From: Gemmataceae bacterium
GTDB taxonomy: Bacteria; Planctomycetota; Planctomycetia; Gemmatales; Gemmataceae
Assembly (NCBI GenBank): GCA_031362705.1
Contig: JANLTA010000552.1
Coordinates: 1-33,717, forward strand
Direction of reading: 5' to 3'
Length of the DNA stretch: 33,717 nucleotides
Shown here: positions 25,013 to 32,850 of the stretch, piece by piece
Position numbering within the stretch: position 1 is the stretch's first letter
Layout: every line of letters begins with the position of its first letter
The notes under the pieces: model-generated
The model's input: the letters and a program-made list of their open reading frames with translations, nothing else
The model's database searches: none
Told to the model about the DNA's origin: nothing
Translations under genes and position numbers: made by a program

Positions 25013-25819
25013 ATGAATGCCGCGCTAGTTTTTTCCGCCATGTTGGCGTTGGCCCCCGGACAGGGAGCTGGTGCATTGGGCGTTTCCAATATCCGATTGA
25101 CGCATGGCGAGTTGGGGCCATCACGGGTTGACAACAAGTACTTGCCTCAAGACTTTGTCTTCATTTCATTCGACATCGACGGACTCAAAGCCTCGCCTGA
25201 TGGCAAAGTCTCCTACAGCATGGGACTGGAAGTCATCGACAAGGCAGGTAAAGCCATGTTTAGCGCCCCGCCGACTAAGAGCGAAATGCTGCTACCCCTC
25301 GGCGGCAACAAACTGCCGGCGTTTGTGTATATCACGCTCGGGCCAACAATGCAGCAGGGCGATTACACTTGCAGAATCTCCATAGTCGACGACACCACAA
25401 AAGCGACCAAGGTTGCGGACCAAAAGTTTTCGTTGATGCCACCATCTTTCGGCATCGTTCAGTTGTACGTGACGAAGGACGACAAGGGAATGCTCGCTTG
25501 TGGTCCCAATGGCGTGGCTGGTCAGACAGTATTTATCAACTTCGGCATGGTTGGCTTCGGTCGCGATGGCGGCAAGAAGCCCGATGCAGCTGTGGAGTTT
25601 TTCGTAAAGGACGCCAATGGTCAGGCGACGAATGCAAAACCCATTGTCATTCCGGTGCCGCGCGACCTGCCGGAGGCTGACACCTTCGTCCCTTATCAAG
25701 TGATGTTGCCAATGAATCGCGAAGGTAGTTACACGGTCGAAATGAAGGCCGCCGACAAAGTCACCGGCAAAACTGCCGTGTTGATCTTCCCGGTTCGCGT
25801 CTACCCGGCGGCGAAATAA
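25013..25819 (+). CDS. secreted hypothetical protein, two tandem beta-sandwich-like halves
   Basis: AAGGAG lies 7 nt upstream of the ATG. Signal-like N-terminus is MNAALVFSAMLALAPGQGAGA. Two ~120-aa halves share a pattern: ...G..V.F...G......G...h.h.V.D..G... and ...G.Y.h.h...D..T.K. Confidence 0.7.
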   Translation: MNAALVFSAMLALAPGQGAGALGVSNIRLTHGELGPSRVDNKYLPQDFVFISFDIDGLKASPDGKVSYSMGLEVIDKAGKAMFSAPPTKSEMLLPLGGNKLPAFVYITLGPTMQQGDYTCRISIVDDTTKATKVADQKFSLMPPSFGIVQLYVTKDDKGMLACGPNGVAGQTVFINFGMVGFGRDGGKKPDAAVEFFVKDANGQATNAKPIVIPVPRDLPEADTFVPYQVMLPMNREGSYTVEMKAADKVTGKTAVLIFPVRVYPAAK

Positions 25820-26445
25820 TGAGCATGTCACCGCAAGACCGCATCTCGCAGTTCCGGCAAATGACAATTGATGACCCGGAGAACGAATTGGCGTTCTTCC
25901 GATTAGGGCAATTGCTTCAGGAAAGCGGCGAGCCAGGCGAAGCGATCGGTGCGTTTCGCAAGACGCTGCTCATCGCGCCGCAGTTTTCCAAGGTCTTTCA
26001 GTTACTTGCCCAGTGCGAAATTGCGCTGGACAAAAAGGACGACGCGATTCGCACGCTCCAGGAAGGCTACCGCACAGCCGACGCCCGCGGCGACAAAATG
26101 CCGCGCGACGAGATGGCCAATATGTTGCGCGAGCTTGGTGTGCAACCGCCCGAAGCACCTAAGAAAGAGCGCACGGGAACCGGCGGTGGCTTTCATTGCA
26201 AGCGCACCATGTGTTACTTTGGAGACGATGCCACTCAGTTGGCCGCTCCGCCGATTCCCGATGAAATTGGCCGGCGCATTCACCAGGAGATTTGCGCCGA
26301 CTGCTGGAATGAGTGGCTGAAAGACACCTCGATCAAGGTCATCAACGAATTGCGCTTGGACCTGAGCCTGGAAACCGCGCAAGTGGAATACGACCGCCAG
26401 ATGCGGCGATTCCTGTTCGACGAAACCACCGAACCCACCGAGTAA
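25819..26445 (+). CDS. TPR-like domain fused to a YggX-type Fe(2+)-trafficking domain
   Basis: The start overlaps the upstream stop (TAATG). The C-terminal ~85 aa (RTMCYFGDDATQLAAPPIPDEIGRRIHQEICADCWNEWLKDTSIKVINELRLDLSLETAQVEYDRQMRRFLF) aligns with E. coli YggX (RTIFCTFLQREAEG...[33 protein letters not shown]...MVNFLF). The N-terminal ~110 aa is TPR-like. Confidence 0.8.
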   Translation: MSMSPQDRISQFRQMTIDDPENELAFFRLGQLLQESGEPGEAIGAFRKTLLIAPQFSKVFQLLAQCEIALDKKDDAIRTLQEGYRTADARGDKMPRDEMANMLRELGVQPPEAPKKERTGTGGGFHCKRTMCYFGDDATQLAAPPIPDEIGRRIHQEICADCWNEWLKDTSIKVINELRLDLSLETAQVEYDRQMRRFLFDETTEPTE

Positions 26446-26446
26446 C

Positions 26447-27085
26447 ATGGCCGAGTACCTGGTAGCCTTCGGTCGGGCCGGCCACCTGGGCCGCTTCCAA
26501 GACGCTTGCGGCTTAGCGTGCGACCGTGGCGACCGCGTCGTTATTCACGGCGTTCGAGGCATCGAACTTGGCGAAGTACTAGGGCCGGCACGGCAATCTC
26601 TCCCTGACCCTCACATCGGTGAATTGTTGCGGCGGGCGAACGACGAAGATGAAGTTCTTTTGGCGCAGCGTGAATTATTGTCGCAACGGTTATGTACCGA
26701 CGCGGAAGCCATTGCTTCGGAACTCAACCTATCGCTTGCAATTCTCGACGCCGAAGTCACGTTGGATGGTCGCGGTGCCATCCTGCACACGTTAGCGGGG
26801 AACGTTGCCGATGCCGGGCCATTGTTGGATCGACTTGCCGTCCTACACAATATGATCGTTCGACTATACGATCTCGCAGCCGAAGCACCACCACCCGCCG
26901 ATGCCGTCGATGCTCTGGAAGAATTCAAGTGCGACAAACCCGATTGCGGTGAAGGTGAATGCACGGACTGCGGGACCGACGGCGGCTGCTCAAGTTGCTC
27001 CGCCGGCGGAGCAAGCGAGTTGGAATCGTACTTCTCCAACCTGCGCGACAAAATGGAAAGCCGTATCCGTGTGCCGTTGGCTTGA
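26447..27085 (+). CDS. PSP1-domain protein (YaaT/RicT-like) with a distinct C-terminal Cys cluster
   Basis: Starts 1 nt after the upstream stop. EYLVAFGRAGHLGRFQ...GDRVVIHGVRGIELGEVL aligns with B. subtilis YaaT YEVVGVRFKKAGKIYYF...VIVETVRGVEYGQVV. The PSP1-like core is LAILDAEVTLDGRGAILHTLAGNVADAGPLLDRLAVLHNMIVRLYDL. The C-terminus is CDKPDCGEGECTDCGTDGGCSSC. Confidence 0.65.
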   Translation: MAEYLVAFGRAGHLGRFQDACGLACDRGDRVVIHGVRGIELGEVLGPARQSLPDPHIGELLRRANDEDEVLLAQRELLSQRLCTDAEAIASELNLSLAILDAEVTLDGRGAILHTLAGNVADAGPLLDRLAVLHNMIVRLYDLAAEAPPPADAVDALEEFKCDKPDCGEGECTDCGTDGGCSSCSAGGASELESYFSNLRDKMESRIRVPLA

Positions 27086-27090
27086 CAGAC

Positions 27091-28509
27091 ATGCCGAACT
27101 CCATCTTTCTCGATTTTCACCTGCCGAACGCTACCACCTGGTTTTACGTGTCGGTGATGTTGGGCGTGGCATTGTTCTTTCAATTTGGTCGTGTGATCAG
27201 TCTGCGCAATTGGGATTTGCTGACGATATTTGCGCTGGTGCCGGGCTTACTGCTTGTGCAATCTGGTCACGACCGCCGGCGTGAAGCACGACAACTGGGT
27301 GATGCGGCGGCGCGGTTGTTCTGTTTGCCGAATGCTGATGGCAACGCCGCGTTGGCGGCAGCGGTCCTCGAAGGCCCGGCCCGCCAACGTGATGACATGT
27401 CCAAGTATCTTCTGCAAGCGGGCTACCAGTGGTTATTGATCGGTTCCGGATATTGGATCCTGCGATGTGTCATTGATCTCGCCTTCATTCGTCGGCCCGG
27501 CCTCACGCCCAACCTCAGTCCTGCCGGGCTAGGTTGGCTCGCGATTTCGTTGTTTTTAGCGCTGGGTGCCGTGGCGATCAAACGACCGCCGCCTGATGAG
27601 GGGCGAATCGGTCCACCGAGTACGGTGTTGCAGGAGACCCAGGTGGGCCTGGAACAAATTGTTCGAAATACTTCGGGCCAAACCGACCGGGTGATGGTCC
27701 GATGGTGGGTTGAGCGCACGTTGGCCGGGGCGGCACACTTGTGCGTGATTGCGGCACTCGCGCTGATTGGTTACTACCATTTCCGCAACCTTGGCACCGG
27801 CATGGCCGCCGCCACGGCGTATCTGGCGTTGCCGTATCTTGCGTTTCACATGACGCAGATTCATCATGTGCTGCCGGCCGCGCTGATGCTCTGGGCCGTG
27901 GCCGCGTTCCGGTGGCATCGCACGGCCGGGGCGTTGCTCGGCGTCGCCGCCGGCGGCTTTGGCTTTCCGGCGCTTGTGGCTCCGGTCTGGTTCAGCTTCT
28001 ATCGCGGACGAGGCCTCGGCCGTTTTTCAATCAGCTTTCTGATTGCGGCCAGTATTAGTTTGGGTGTCGCTGCCGGAGTTCTTTATCTCAACGGCAAGTT
28101 CGACCTGCAAATCCCGACGACGATTAGCTTGCCCCAATGGAGCAAGTGGAAACTCGGCGGCGACGGCGAGGGCTTCTGGGCCGGCGTGCATTGGGCGTAC
28201 CGCATCCCCGTATTCATCGCCGCGATGGCTTTCGTGATCGTGACCGTGATTTGGCCGTCACCTAAAGACCTTGGCAACGTCATCGCCCTTTCGACGGCAC
28301 ACCTGCTCGCCGTGCAACTCTGGTATGCCGACCGCGGCGGGGTCTACGTATTGTGGTATCTTCCGCTGATGATCTTGATGATCTTTCGACCGAGCCTGCA
28401 CGAGCACGTGCCACCTGCAATTGGTGAGATGGAGCCAACGGCAGTGCCGGCGGAAGTAATCAAGCCATCGCCGCTGCGGCGTTATTTCCGTCCACGAGTT
28501 TCGCGCTAG
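27091..28509 (+). CDS. polytopic integral membrane protein, function unknown
   Basis: ATG at 27091, 5 nt after the upstream stop. The ORF-track start at 26959 overlaps the preceding gene. About 10 hydrophobic segments, no motif I can assign. Confidence 0.7.
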   Translation: MPNSIFLDFHLPNATTWFYVSVMLGVALFFQFGRVISLRNWDLLTIFALVPGLLLVQSGHDRRREARQLGDAAARLFCLPNADGNAALAAAVLEGPARQRDDMSKYLLQAGYQWLLIGSGYWILRCVIDLAFIRRPGLTPNLSPAGLGWLAISLFLALGAVAIKRPPPDEGRIGPPSTVLQETQVGLEQIVRNTSGQTDRVMVRWWVERTLAGAAHLCVIAALALIGYYHFRNLGTGMAAATAYLALPYLAFHMTQIHHVLPAALMLWAVAAFRWHRTAGALLGVAAGGFGFPALVAPVWFSFYRGRGLGRFSISFLIAASISLGVAAGVLYLNGKFDLQIPTTISLPQWSKWKLGGDGEGFWAGVHWAYRIPVFIAAMAFVIVTVIWPSPKDLGNVIALSTAHLLAVQLWYADRGGVYVLWYLPLMILMIFRPSLHEHVPPAIGEMEPTAVPAEVIKPSPLRRYFRPRVSR

Positions 28510-28907
28510 CCAGTGTACGTAGCGCAGCAACTCTCGGTTTCCCACAGCGTCACTTCCGTGACCGGGAAGCCCTGGCCCTTGGCATAATCGAAGATGTGCT
28601 TGGCGATGTTCTCCGCCGTGGGATTCACGTCCAATACGACCACCGGTTCCTTCTTGTCTTGCAGGTATTGCAACACCGGGTCGTCGCGGTGCAGAAGCAT
28701 CTTGTGATCAATCGTCTCGTCTATCCATTTCTGCAGCACTTTCTTCATCTGCGAAAAGTCCATGACCATCCCAAGTGCGTCGAGTTTGTCTCCTGCCAGC
28801 GTGACGATGGCTTTGCCATTGTGGCCGTGCAGGTTCCGACATTTGCCATCGTAGTTCAACAGGCGATGGCCGTAGCAAAAGTGAAACTCTCGAGTCACAC
28901 GAAACAT
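28506..28907 (-). CDS. queD: 6-carboxy-5,6,7,8-tetrahydropterin synthase
   Basis: MFRVTREFHFCYGHRLLNYDGKCRNLHGHNGKAIVTL carries the PTPS-family CxxxHGH zinc and catalytic motifs. The ATG at 28907 lies 2 nt after the queC stop. The ORF-track start at 28919 is a GTG. Confidence 0.9.
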   Translation of the reverse strand: MFRVTREFHFCYGHRLLNYDGKCRNLHGHNGKAIVTLAGDKLDALGMVMDFSQMKKVLQKWIDETIDHKMLLHRDDPVLQYLQDKKEPVVVLDVNPTAENIAKHIFDYAKGQGFPVTEVTLWETESCCATYTG

Positions 28908-28909
28908 AG

Positions 28910-29626
28910 CTACTCCCACGGGCGAACATCCGGCGGTTTCTGCGTCGTGCCTTCCCAGGCGCGGCTGGCATAGTTAGTTGGGTCCGGCACGCCAGCGCCG
29001 ATGAAGGCCCGCCCACGTTCGGCGCACTTGCCGCACACGCCGCAATGGCGACCATTGGCAGGACTCATACATGATAGGGTATGCTGCAACGGCAATCCCG
29101 CGCCGCGGCGAATCACTTCAGCCTTGGTCAATTCGGCAAACGGCGTAGCAATTGCGATCTGGCCGCCAACCGCACCACTCACGACGCTTGCGTAATCTCC
29201 AAAAAACGAATTCGATGCATCAGGAAACGGGTTCGCCGCCAAGACGGCCAATGCGATTGCTGTCACATCGTGCAACCGGCACCATATCAGCGACTTGGCC
29301 AGCAGCAACACATTGCGGCCCGGCAGATAGAACTCTTCATCGGCAGCCATTGCGTTTGGTGCCGTTCCTCGGGTACTCCAATGATCGCCATACAAATCGC
29401 GAACGGGCAAATCGAGTACCGTGAGCGGCTGCACGATAGTTGGGTGCAAGGCGGCCAGAAAGCGATCCAAATGCTGTCGTTCCGCGTCCTCCCAAGCCAG
29501 GCCCGTGCGAATGTACAACGGATGCACGGCGGGATGCACCCGCGCCGCCAGGCCGACGAGGATCGCGCTATCCAGCCCGCCGCTAACTAACACCGCCAGC
29601 GGCAAGGTGGGGTCGGGTGAAGCCAT
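28910..29626 (-). CDS. queC: 7-cyano-7-deazaguanine synthase
   Basis: 238 aa. The PP-loop is LAVLVSGGLDSAILVG. The C-terminal zinc cluster is CMSPANGRHCGVCGKCAERGRAF. Confidence 0.92.
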   Translation of the reverse strand: MASPDPTLPLAVLVSGGLDSAILVGLAARVHPAVHPLYIRTGLAWEDAERQHLDRFLAALHPTIVQPLTVLDLPVRDLYGDHWSTRGTAPNAMAADEEFYLPGRNVLLLAKSLIWCRLHDVTAIALAVLAANPFPDASNSFFGDYASVVSGAVGGQIAIATPFAELTKAEVIRRGAGLPLQHTLSCMSPANGRHCGVCGKCAERGRAFIGAGVPDPTNYASRAWEGTTQKPPDVRPWE

Positions 29627-29678
29627 GACTGTTATAGTACGTCCTTAATGCCCAGCCGTTGCAACGACTGGGCGTTCA

Positions 29679-29706
29679 CTTGCAACCGCTGAGCTTTCTG
29701 TAAAAT
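29679..29706 (+). promoter_or_regulatory. candidate promoter giving a leaderless or near-leaderless MBL transcript
   Basis: CTTGCA/TTGCAA (29679-29685), a 15-16 nt spacer, then TAAAAT (29701-29706). The ATG at 29713 is only 6 nt past the -10 box and has no SD. This is a pattern match only. Confidence 0.25.
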
Positions 29707-29712
29707 GCCCTC

Positions 29713-30498
29713 ATGCAGCGGCGCAAATATCTCTTTCCGAACGTTATTGAGTTGAATTATCAGGCAGGGCGAAAGCTCGGCGTGAATGTGTACCTCATTG
29801 ATGGTGGCGATGAGTTCGCCATCATTGACATCGGCTATGAGGAGTCGGTTTCCGACGTTGTCGAGCTGGTCCGACAGATGGATTTCAACCTTTCGCGCTG
29901 CAAGTATTTGATTGCCACTCATGCCGACGCCGACCATGTGCAAGGGATAGCTCGGGCCAAAGAACTTTTCAAATCGTGTGTCGTCGCCCACCCACTTAGC
30001 GTGTCGGCCATTGAGACTGGCGATGTCGAAACGACATTTGCCCGCATCACGGCACAAAACATCGACATGCCGATGCCGCCGTGCAAGGTGGACGAGATGA
30101 TCAACGATGGCGATGTTCTGGAAATCGGCAAAGTTCAATTGGAGGTTTGGCACACGCCCGGCCACACGCCGGGGCAGTTGAGCTTCAAGACCGGCGAATT
30201 GCTCTTCGTCGGCGACAACATTTATAAGGACGGCTGCGTTGGCGTGATCGACGCTCATCACGGTTCGAGCCTGCCGGACTTTATCGCATCGATTAAGCGA
30301 ATCCGCGCGGACGCTTCGCCGTTCCTACTGCCCAGCCACGGCCCGGCCTTTCGCCGCGACGACAAGTTATTGAAGAAAACCATTGAGCGGCTGACGCAAT
30401 ATCAGCACATGGCCGACTTCGGCACCTGCGCTGTCGATTGGCCATTGCTGGATGAATGGGAACAAGACGTGCTATCGGGTAAGTTGCCGCAATTCTGA
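29713..30498 (+). CDS. MBL-fold metallo-hydrolase
   Basis: 261 aa. Contains VYLIDGGDEFAIIDIG, the metal motif LIATHADADHVQG (HxHxDH-type), and later WHTPGHTPG and PSHG. Confidence 0.85.
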   Translation: MQRRKYLFPNVIELNYQAGRKLGVNVYLIDGGDEFAIIDIGYEESVSDVVELVRQMDFNLSRCKYLIATHADADHVQGIARAKELFKSCVVAHPLSVSAIETGDVETTFARITAQNIDMPMPPCKVDEMINDGDVLEIGKVQLEVWHTPGHTPGQLSFKTGELLFVGDNIYKDGCVGVIDAHHGSSLPDFIASIKRIRADASPFLLPSHGPAFRRDDKLLKKTIERLTQYQHMADFGTCAVDWPLLDEWEQDVLSGKLPQF

Positions 30499-30515
30499 CG
30501 ACCGGGCTTGCAAGC

Positions 30516-30998
30516 ATGTCGCACGAAGTGTTGCTGTCGTCGCTTGCCGACACCGAAGTGCTGGGCCAGCGCCTCGCCAAATCACTTTTTCCTGGTGCGG
30601 TGATCGCGCTGGTCGGCCCGCTGGGTGCCGGCAAGACAACGCTAACACGAGCCATTGCCATTGCTTTGGGCGTCGAGCCGCGTTTAATCGCCAGCCCGAC
30701 GTTTGCATTGGTGCATGAATATCCGGGCCGATTGTCGGTGTATCATTTCGATGTTTATCGGTTGGCCAACATCGACGAGTTTCTCGGACTTGGTGCCGAC
30801 GAGTATCTTCATGGCGATGGCGTGTGTCTCGTTGAATGGGCCGACCGAGTAATCGTCGCCATGCCAGCGGATCATCTTCGCATTGAGTTGATTCCGCATG
30901 GCGATATTCGACGAGCCATCCTCACTGCCAGTGGGCCGCGTCATGTGGCGATCATCGATTCACTCAGCGTGGTTGACTCGCTGGGTACTGAACCCTAA
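30516..30998 (+). CDS. tsaE: tRNA t6A37 biosynthesis ATPase TsaE (YjeE)
   Basis: 160 aa. Walker A is VIALVGPLGAGKTTLTRAIA. This is followed by SPTFALVHEY...YHFDVYRL and VCLVEWADR. Confidence 0.88.
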   Translation: MSHEVLLSSLADTEVLGQRLAKSLFPGAVIALVGPLGAGKTTLTRAIAIALGVEPRLIASPTFALVHEYPGRLSVYHFDVYRLANIDEFLGLGADEYLHGDGVCLVEWADRVIVAMPADHLRIELIPHGDIRRAILTASGPRHVAIIDSLSVVDSLGTEP

Positions 30999-30999
30999 C

Positions 31000-31785
31000 A
31001 TGGCCGCGACAGGCAAGGAGGACTTTGTCGTGAACACGGAAGTCGCGCCGAATGCCGCCGCAGCGCCGTGGCGTGAATCGCCATACGTGTTGTCGTGGAA
31101 GAGCGCGGCCGATTTGCCTTACCGTGAAGTGGAGCCGATCGGGCCGAACCATACTTGGGCCGCCGGGCTAACCGCGGCACCGTGGATCGACTCTGGCCTG
31201 CGGGAAGAACCATTTGATTTCTGCAAAGCCATCAGCGACCTCCTCGTCGATATCTGCCGGCACGTGCCCGAGTTCTCGGTGTTCAATTCACAACAAATAC
31301 TGATCGGCTTTCTTCAGGCACGTCATGCCCGCGGCCACGGGCTGCAAGCGCGAGTGACACCATTGCGTTTTTTGAATGGCCAACTTGTGCGCACTGCGCG
31401 GGGCCGCTTGTTCCAGGTACAGCGCTTCATCGTTGCCAATGTGGAGATGCTCTACGTGATGACGTTTTGTCTGCCGCGCTTTCTCGATCAGAGTTTCGAT
31501 AACAAAATGGTCACGATCTTTCACGAGTTGTTTCATATCGGCGAAAACTTTGATGGCGATCTGCGCCGGCACGCCGGCCGTTGCAGCATGCACACGTCAT
31601 CGAAGACGGCTTACGATCTGCACATGGGCCACCTGGCCCGCGCATACCTTGCCGGCGGTGCCAATCCCGCGTTGCACGGATTCCTGCGGCTCAATTACGC
31701 GCAACTGCGGGCACGACATGGCCGCGTGATCGGCGTGAAGCTACCGCGTCCGCGCATCCTCGCCGTGCCGGTCGCCGAGGGGTAA
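31000..31785 (+). CDS. hypothetical protein with an HExxH zinc-metallopeptidase-like motif
   Basis: ATG at 31000, 2 nt after the tsaE stop. The ORF-track start at 30898 overlaps tsaE. It carries a single HExxH in MVTIFHELFHIGENFDGDLRRH. I recognise no other family motif. Confidence 0.55.
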   Translation: MAATGKEDFVVNTEVAPNAAAAPWRESPYVLSWKSAADLPYREVEPIGPNHTWAAGLTAAPWIDSGLREEPFDFCKAISDLLVDICRHVPEFSVFNSQQILIGFLQARHARGHGLQARVTPLRFLNGQLVRTARGRLFQVQRFIVANVEMLYVMTFCLPRFLDQSFDNKMVTIFHELFHIGENFDGDLRRHAGRCSMHTSSKTAYDLHMGHLARAYLAGGANPALHGFLRLNYAQLRARHGRVIGVKLPRPRILAVPVAEG

Positions 31786-31788
31786 ACG

Positions 31789-32109
31789 GTGCCACGCTTT
31801 GTCCTCCTCGAACACGATTGGCCAACGCACCATTACGATCTGATGCTGGAGGCCGGCTCGGTGTTGCGAACCTGGCGACTTGCCGCGCTACCGATCATTG
31901 ACGGAGTAGCATCGGCCGAACCCATTGGCGATCATCGCTTGGCCTACCTCGAATACGAAGGCCCGGTCAGCGGAGGTCGCGGCAACGTCAAGCGTTACGA
32001 TGCCGGTGAATACGCGATGGTCAGCGAAAACAGTCAGAATGTGACTTTGCATTTACGTGGCCAACAACTGAACGGCGTGATCACGTTAGTTGATCACGCC
32101 AAGAAATAG
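31789..32109 (+). CDS. stand-alone LigD N-terminal / 3'-phosphoesterase-like domain protein
   Basis: 106 aa with a GTG start 4 nt after the upstream stop. RFVLLEHDWPTHHYDLMLE...LRTWRL...IGDHRLAYLEYEGPV...GRGNVKRYDAGEY matches the remembered LigD PE pattern F.I..H.A..LHYDFRLE...SWA...DHPL.Y..FEG.I. Confidence 0.6.
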   Translation: MPRFVLLEHDWPTHHYDLMLEAGSVLRTWRLAALPIIDGVASAEPIGDHRLAYLEYEGPVSGGRGNVKRYDAGEYAMVSENSQNVTLHLRGQQLNGVITLVDHAKK

Positions 32110-32850
32110 CTCAGCATCATATTCGAATCGAACGTGACCAGCACATTGATGTTCAGCAAATAAACTCTGCAACTCGGCAATCATCGGCTGATATTGTGGA
32201 TGGCCTTCACGCGGCATGAACGACGACGACCGCAACCGGCCGGTCACGCCGTCCAGATCAAATGATTGCACATTGGCGAGAACACGGCGCTCATGGCCAT
32301 GCGGATAAAGTACGGTAAACACGTCGTCGCCCAGGTTCTTGTGATGCACTTGGCGATAGTCGATGCCGAAGCGTTGCAAGAGTGATTCGTAGTCGAGCAG
32401 AAACGGCGTGTCGGTCCTGAGAGTATTCCAAAGCAACGCCACCCAACCCGGTGGGCGGAGGATCCGTGCAAACTCGCGCCGCGCGTTCGGCACGTCGAAC
32501 CAGTGAAAGGCCTGCGCGGCAACAACGAGGTCAACGCTCTGGTTCTGAAGGTTCGTCGCTTCGGCGGATCCCGCAACGCTCTTGAATCGCGGGTAGTTCC
32601 GAAGTGCCGATTCGGCCGCCAATCGCATTTCGCCATTCGGCTCGACGCCGATGACCGCATATCCGTGCTTCAGGAACATTTCCGTCGAAGTGCCGGGGCC
32701 GGAACCAATATCGGCAACAATCGATCCCTCCAACAAGCCGCACTTGGCATGGAGGACGTCGAGCAATTCCAAGGGGTAGCCAGGCCGATAGCGGGCGTAA
32801 TCATCCACACGACCGGAAAATCGCTGCACGGTATCATCGGCGCTGGACAT
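32086..32850 (-). CDS. class I SAM-dependent methyltransferase
   Basis: Motif I is VADIGSGPGTSTEMFLKHGYAVIGVEPNGEM. The post-I and II regions are VDLVVAAQAFHWF. I prefer the ATG at 32850 (MSSADDTVQRFSGRVDDYARYRPGYP). The ORF track extends to 32946. Confidence 0.8.
   Translation of the reverse strand: MSSADDTVQRFSGRVDDYARYRPGYPLELLDVLHAKCGLLEGSIVADIGSGPGTSTEMFLKHGYAVIGVEPNGEMRLAAESALRNYPRFKSVAGSAEATNLQNQSVDLVVAAQAFHWFDVPNARREFARILRPPGWVALLWNTLRTDTPFLLDYESLLQRFGIDYRQVHHKNLGDDVFTVLYPHGHERRVLANVQSFDLDGVTGRLRSSSFMPREGHPQYQPMIAELQSLFAEHQCAGHVRFEYDAELFLGVIN

Noticed and set aside
23722-25137. A 471-aa minus-strand ORF antisense to the YTV gene.
   Set aside because: Its translation is Ala/Thr/Gly/Arg low-complexity sequence (ATTATAATAEEPSAEATTT...) and mirrors the biased Cys/Gly/Thr/Val codons of the sense gene. 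It runs through the sense-strand terminator and into the next gene. It has no start context.
29627-29712. A preQ1 riboswitch upstream of queC.
   Set aside because: Reading the minus strand, I see only a GCCCAG...CTGGGC hairpin and the TTGCAAC boxes. There is no short stem followed by a conserved A-rich tail with ACUA(G) as in preQ1-I, and no preQ1-II-like fold. This needs an Infernal scan to be definitive.
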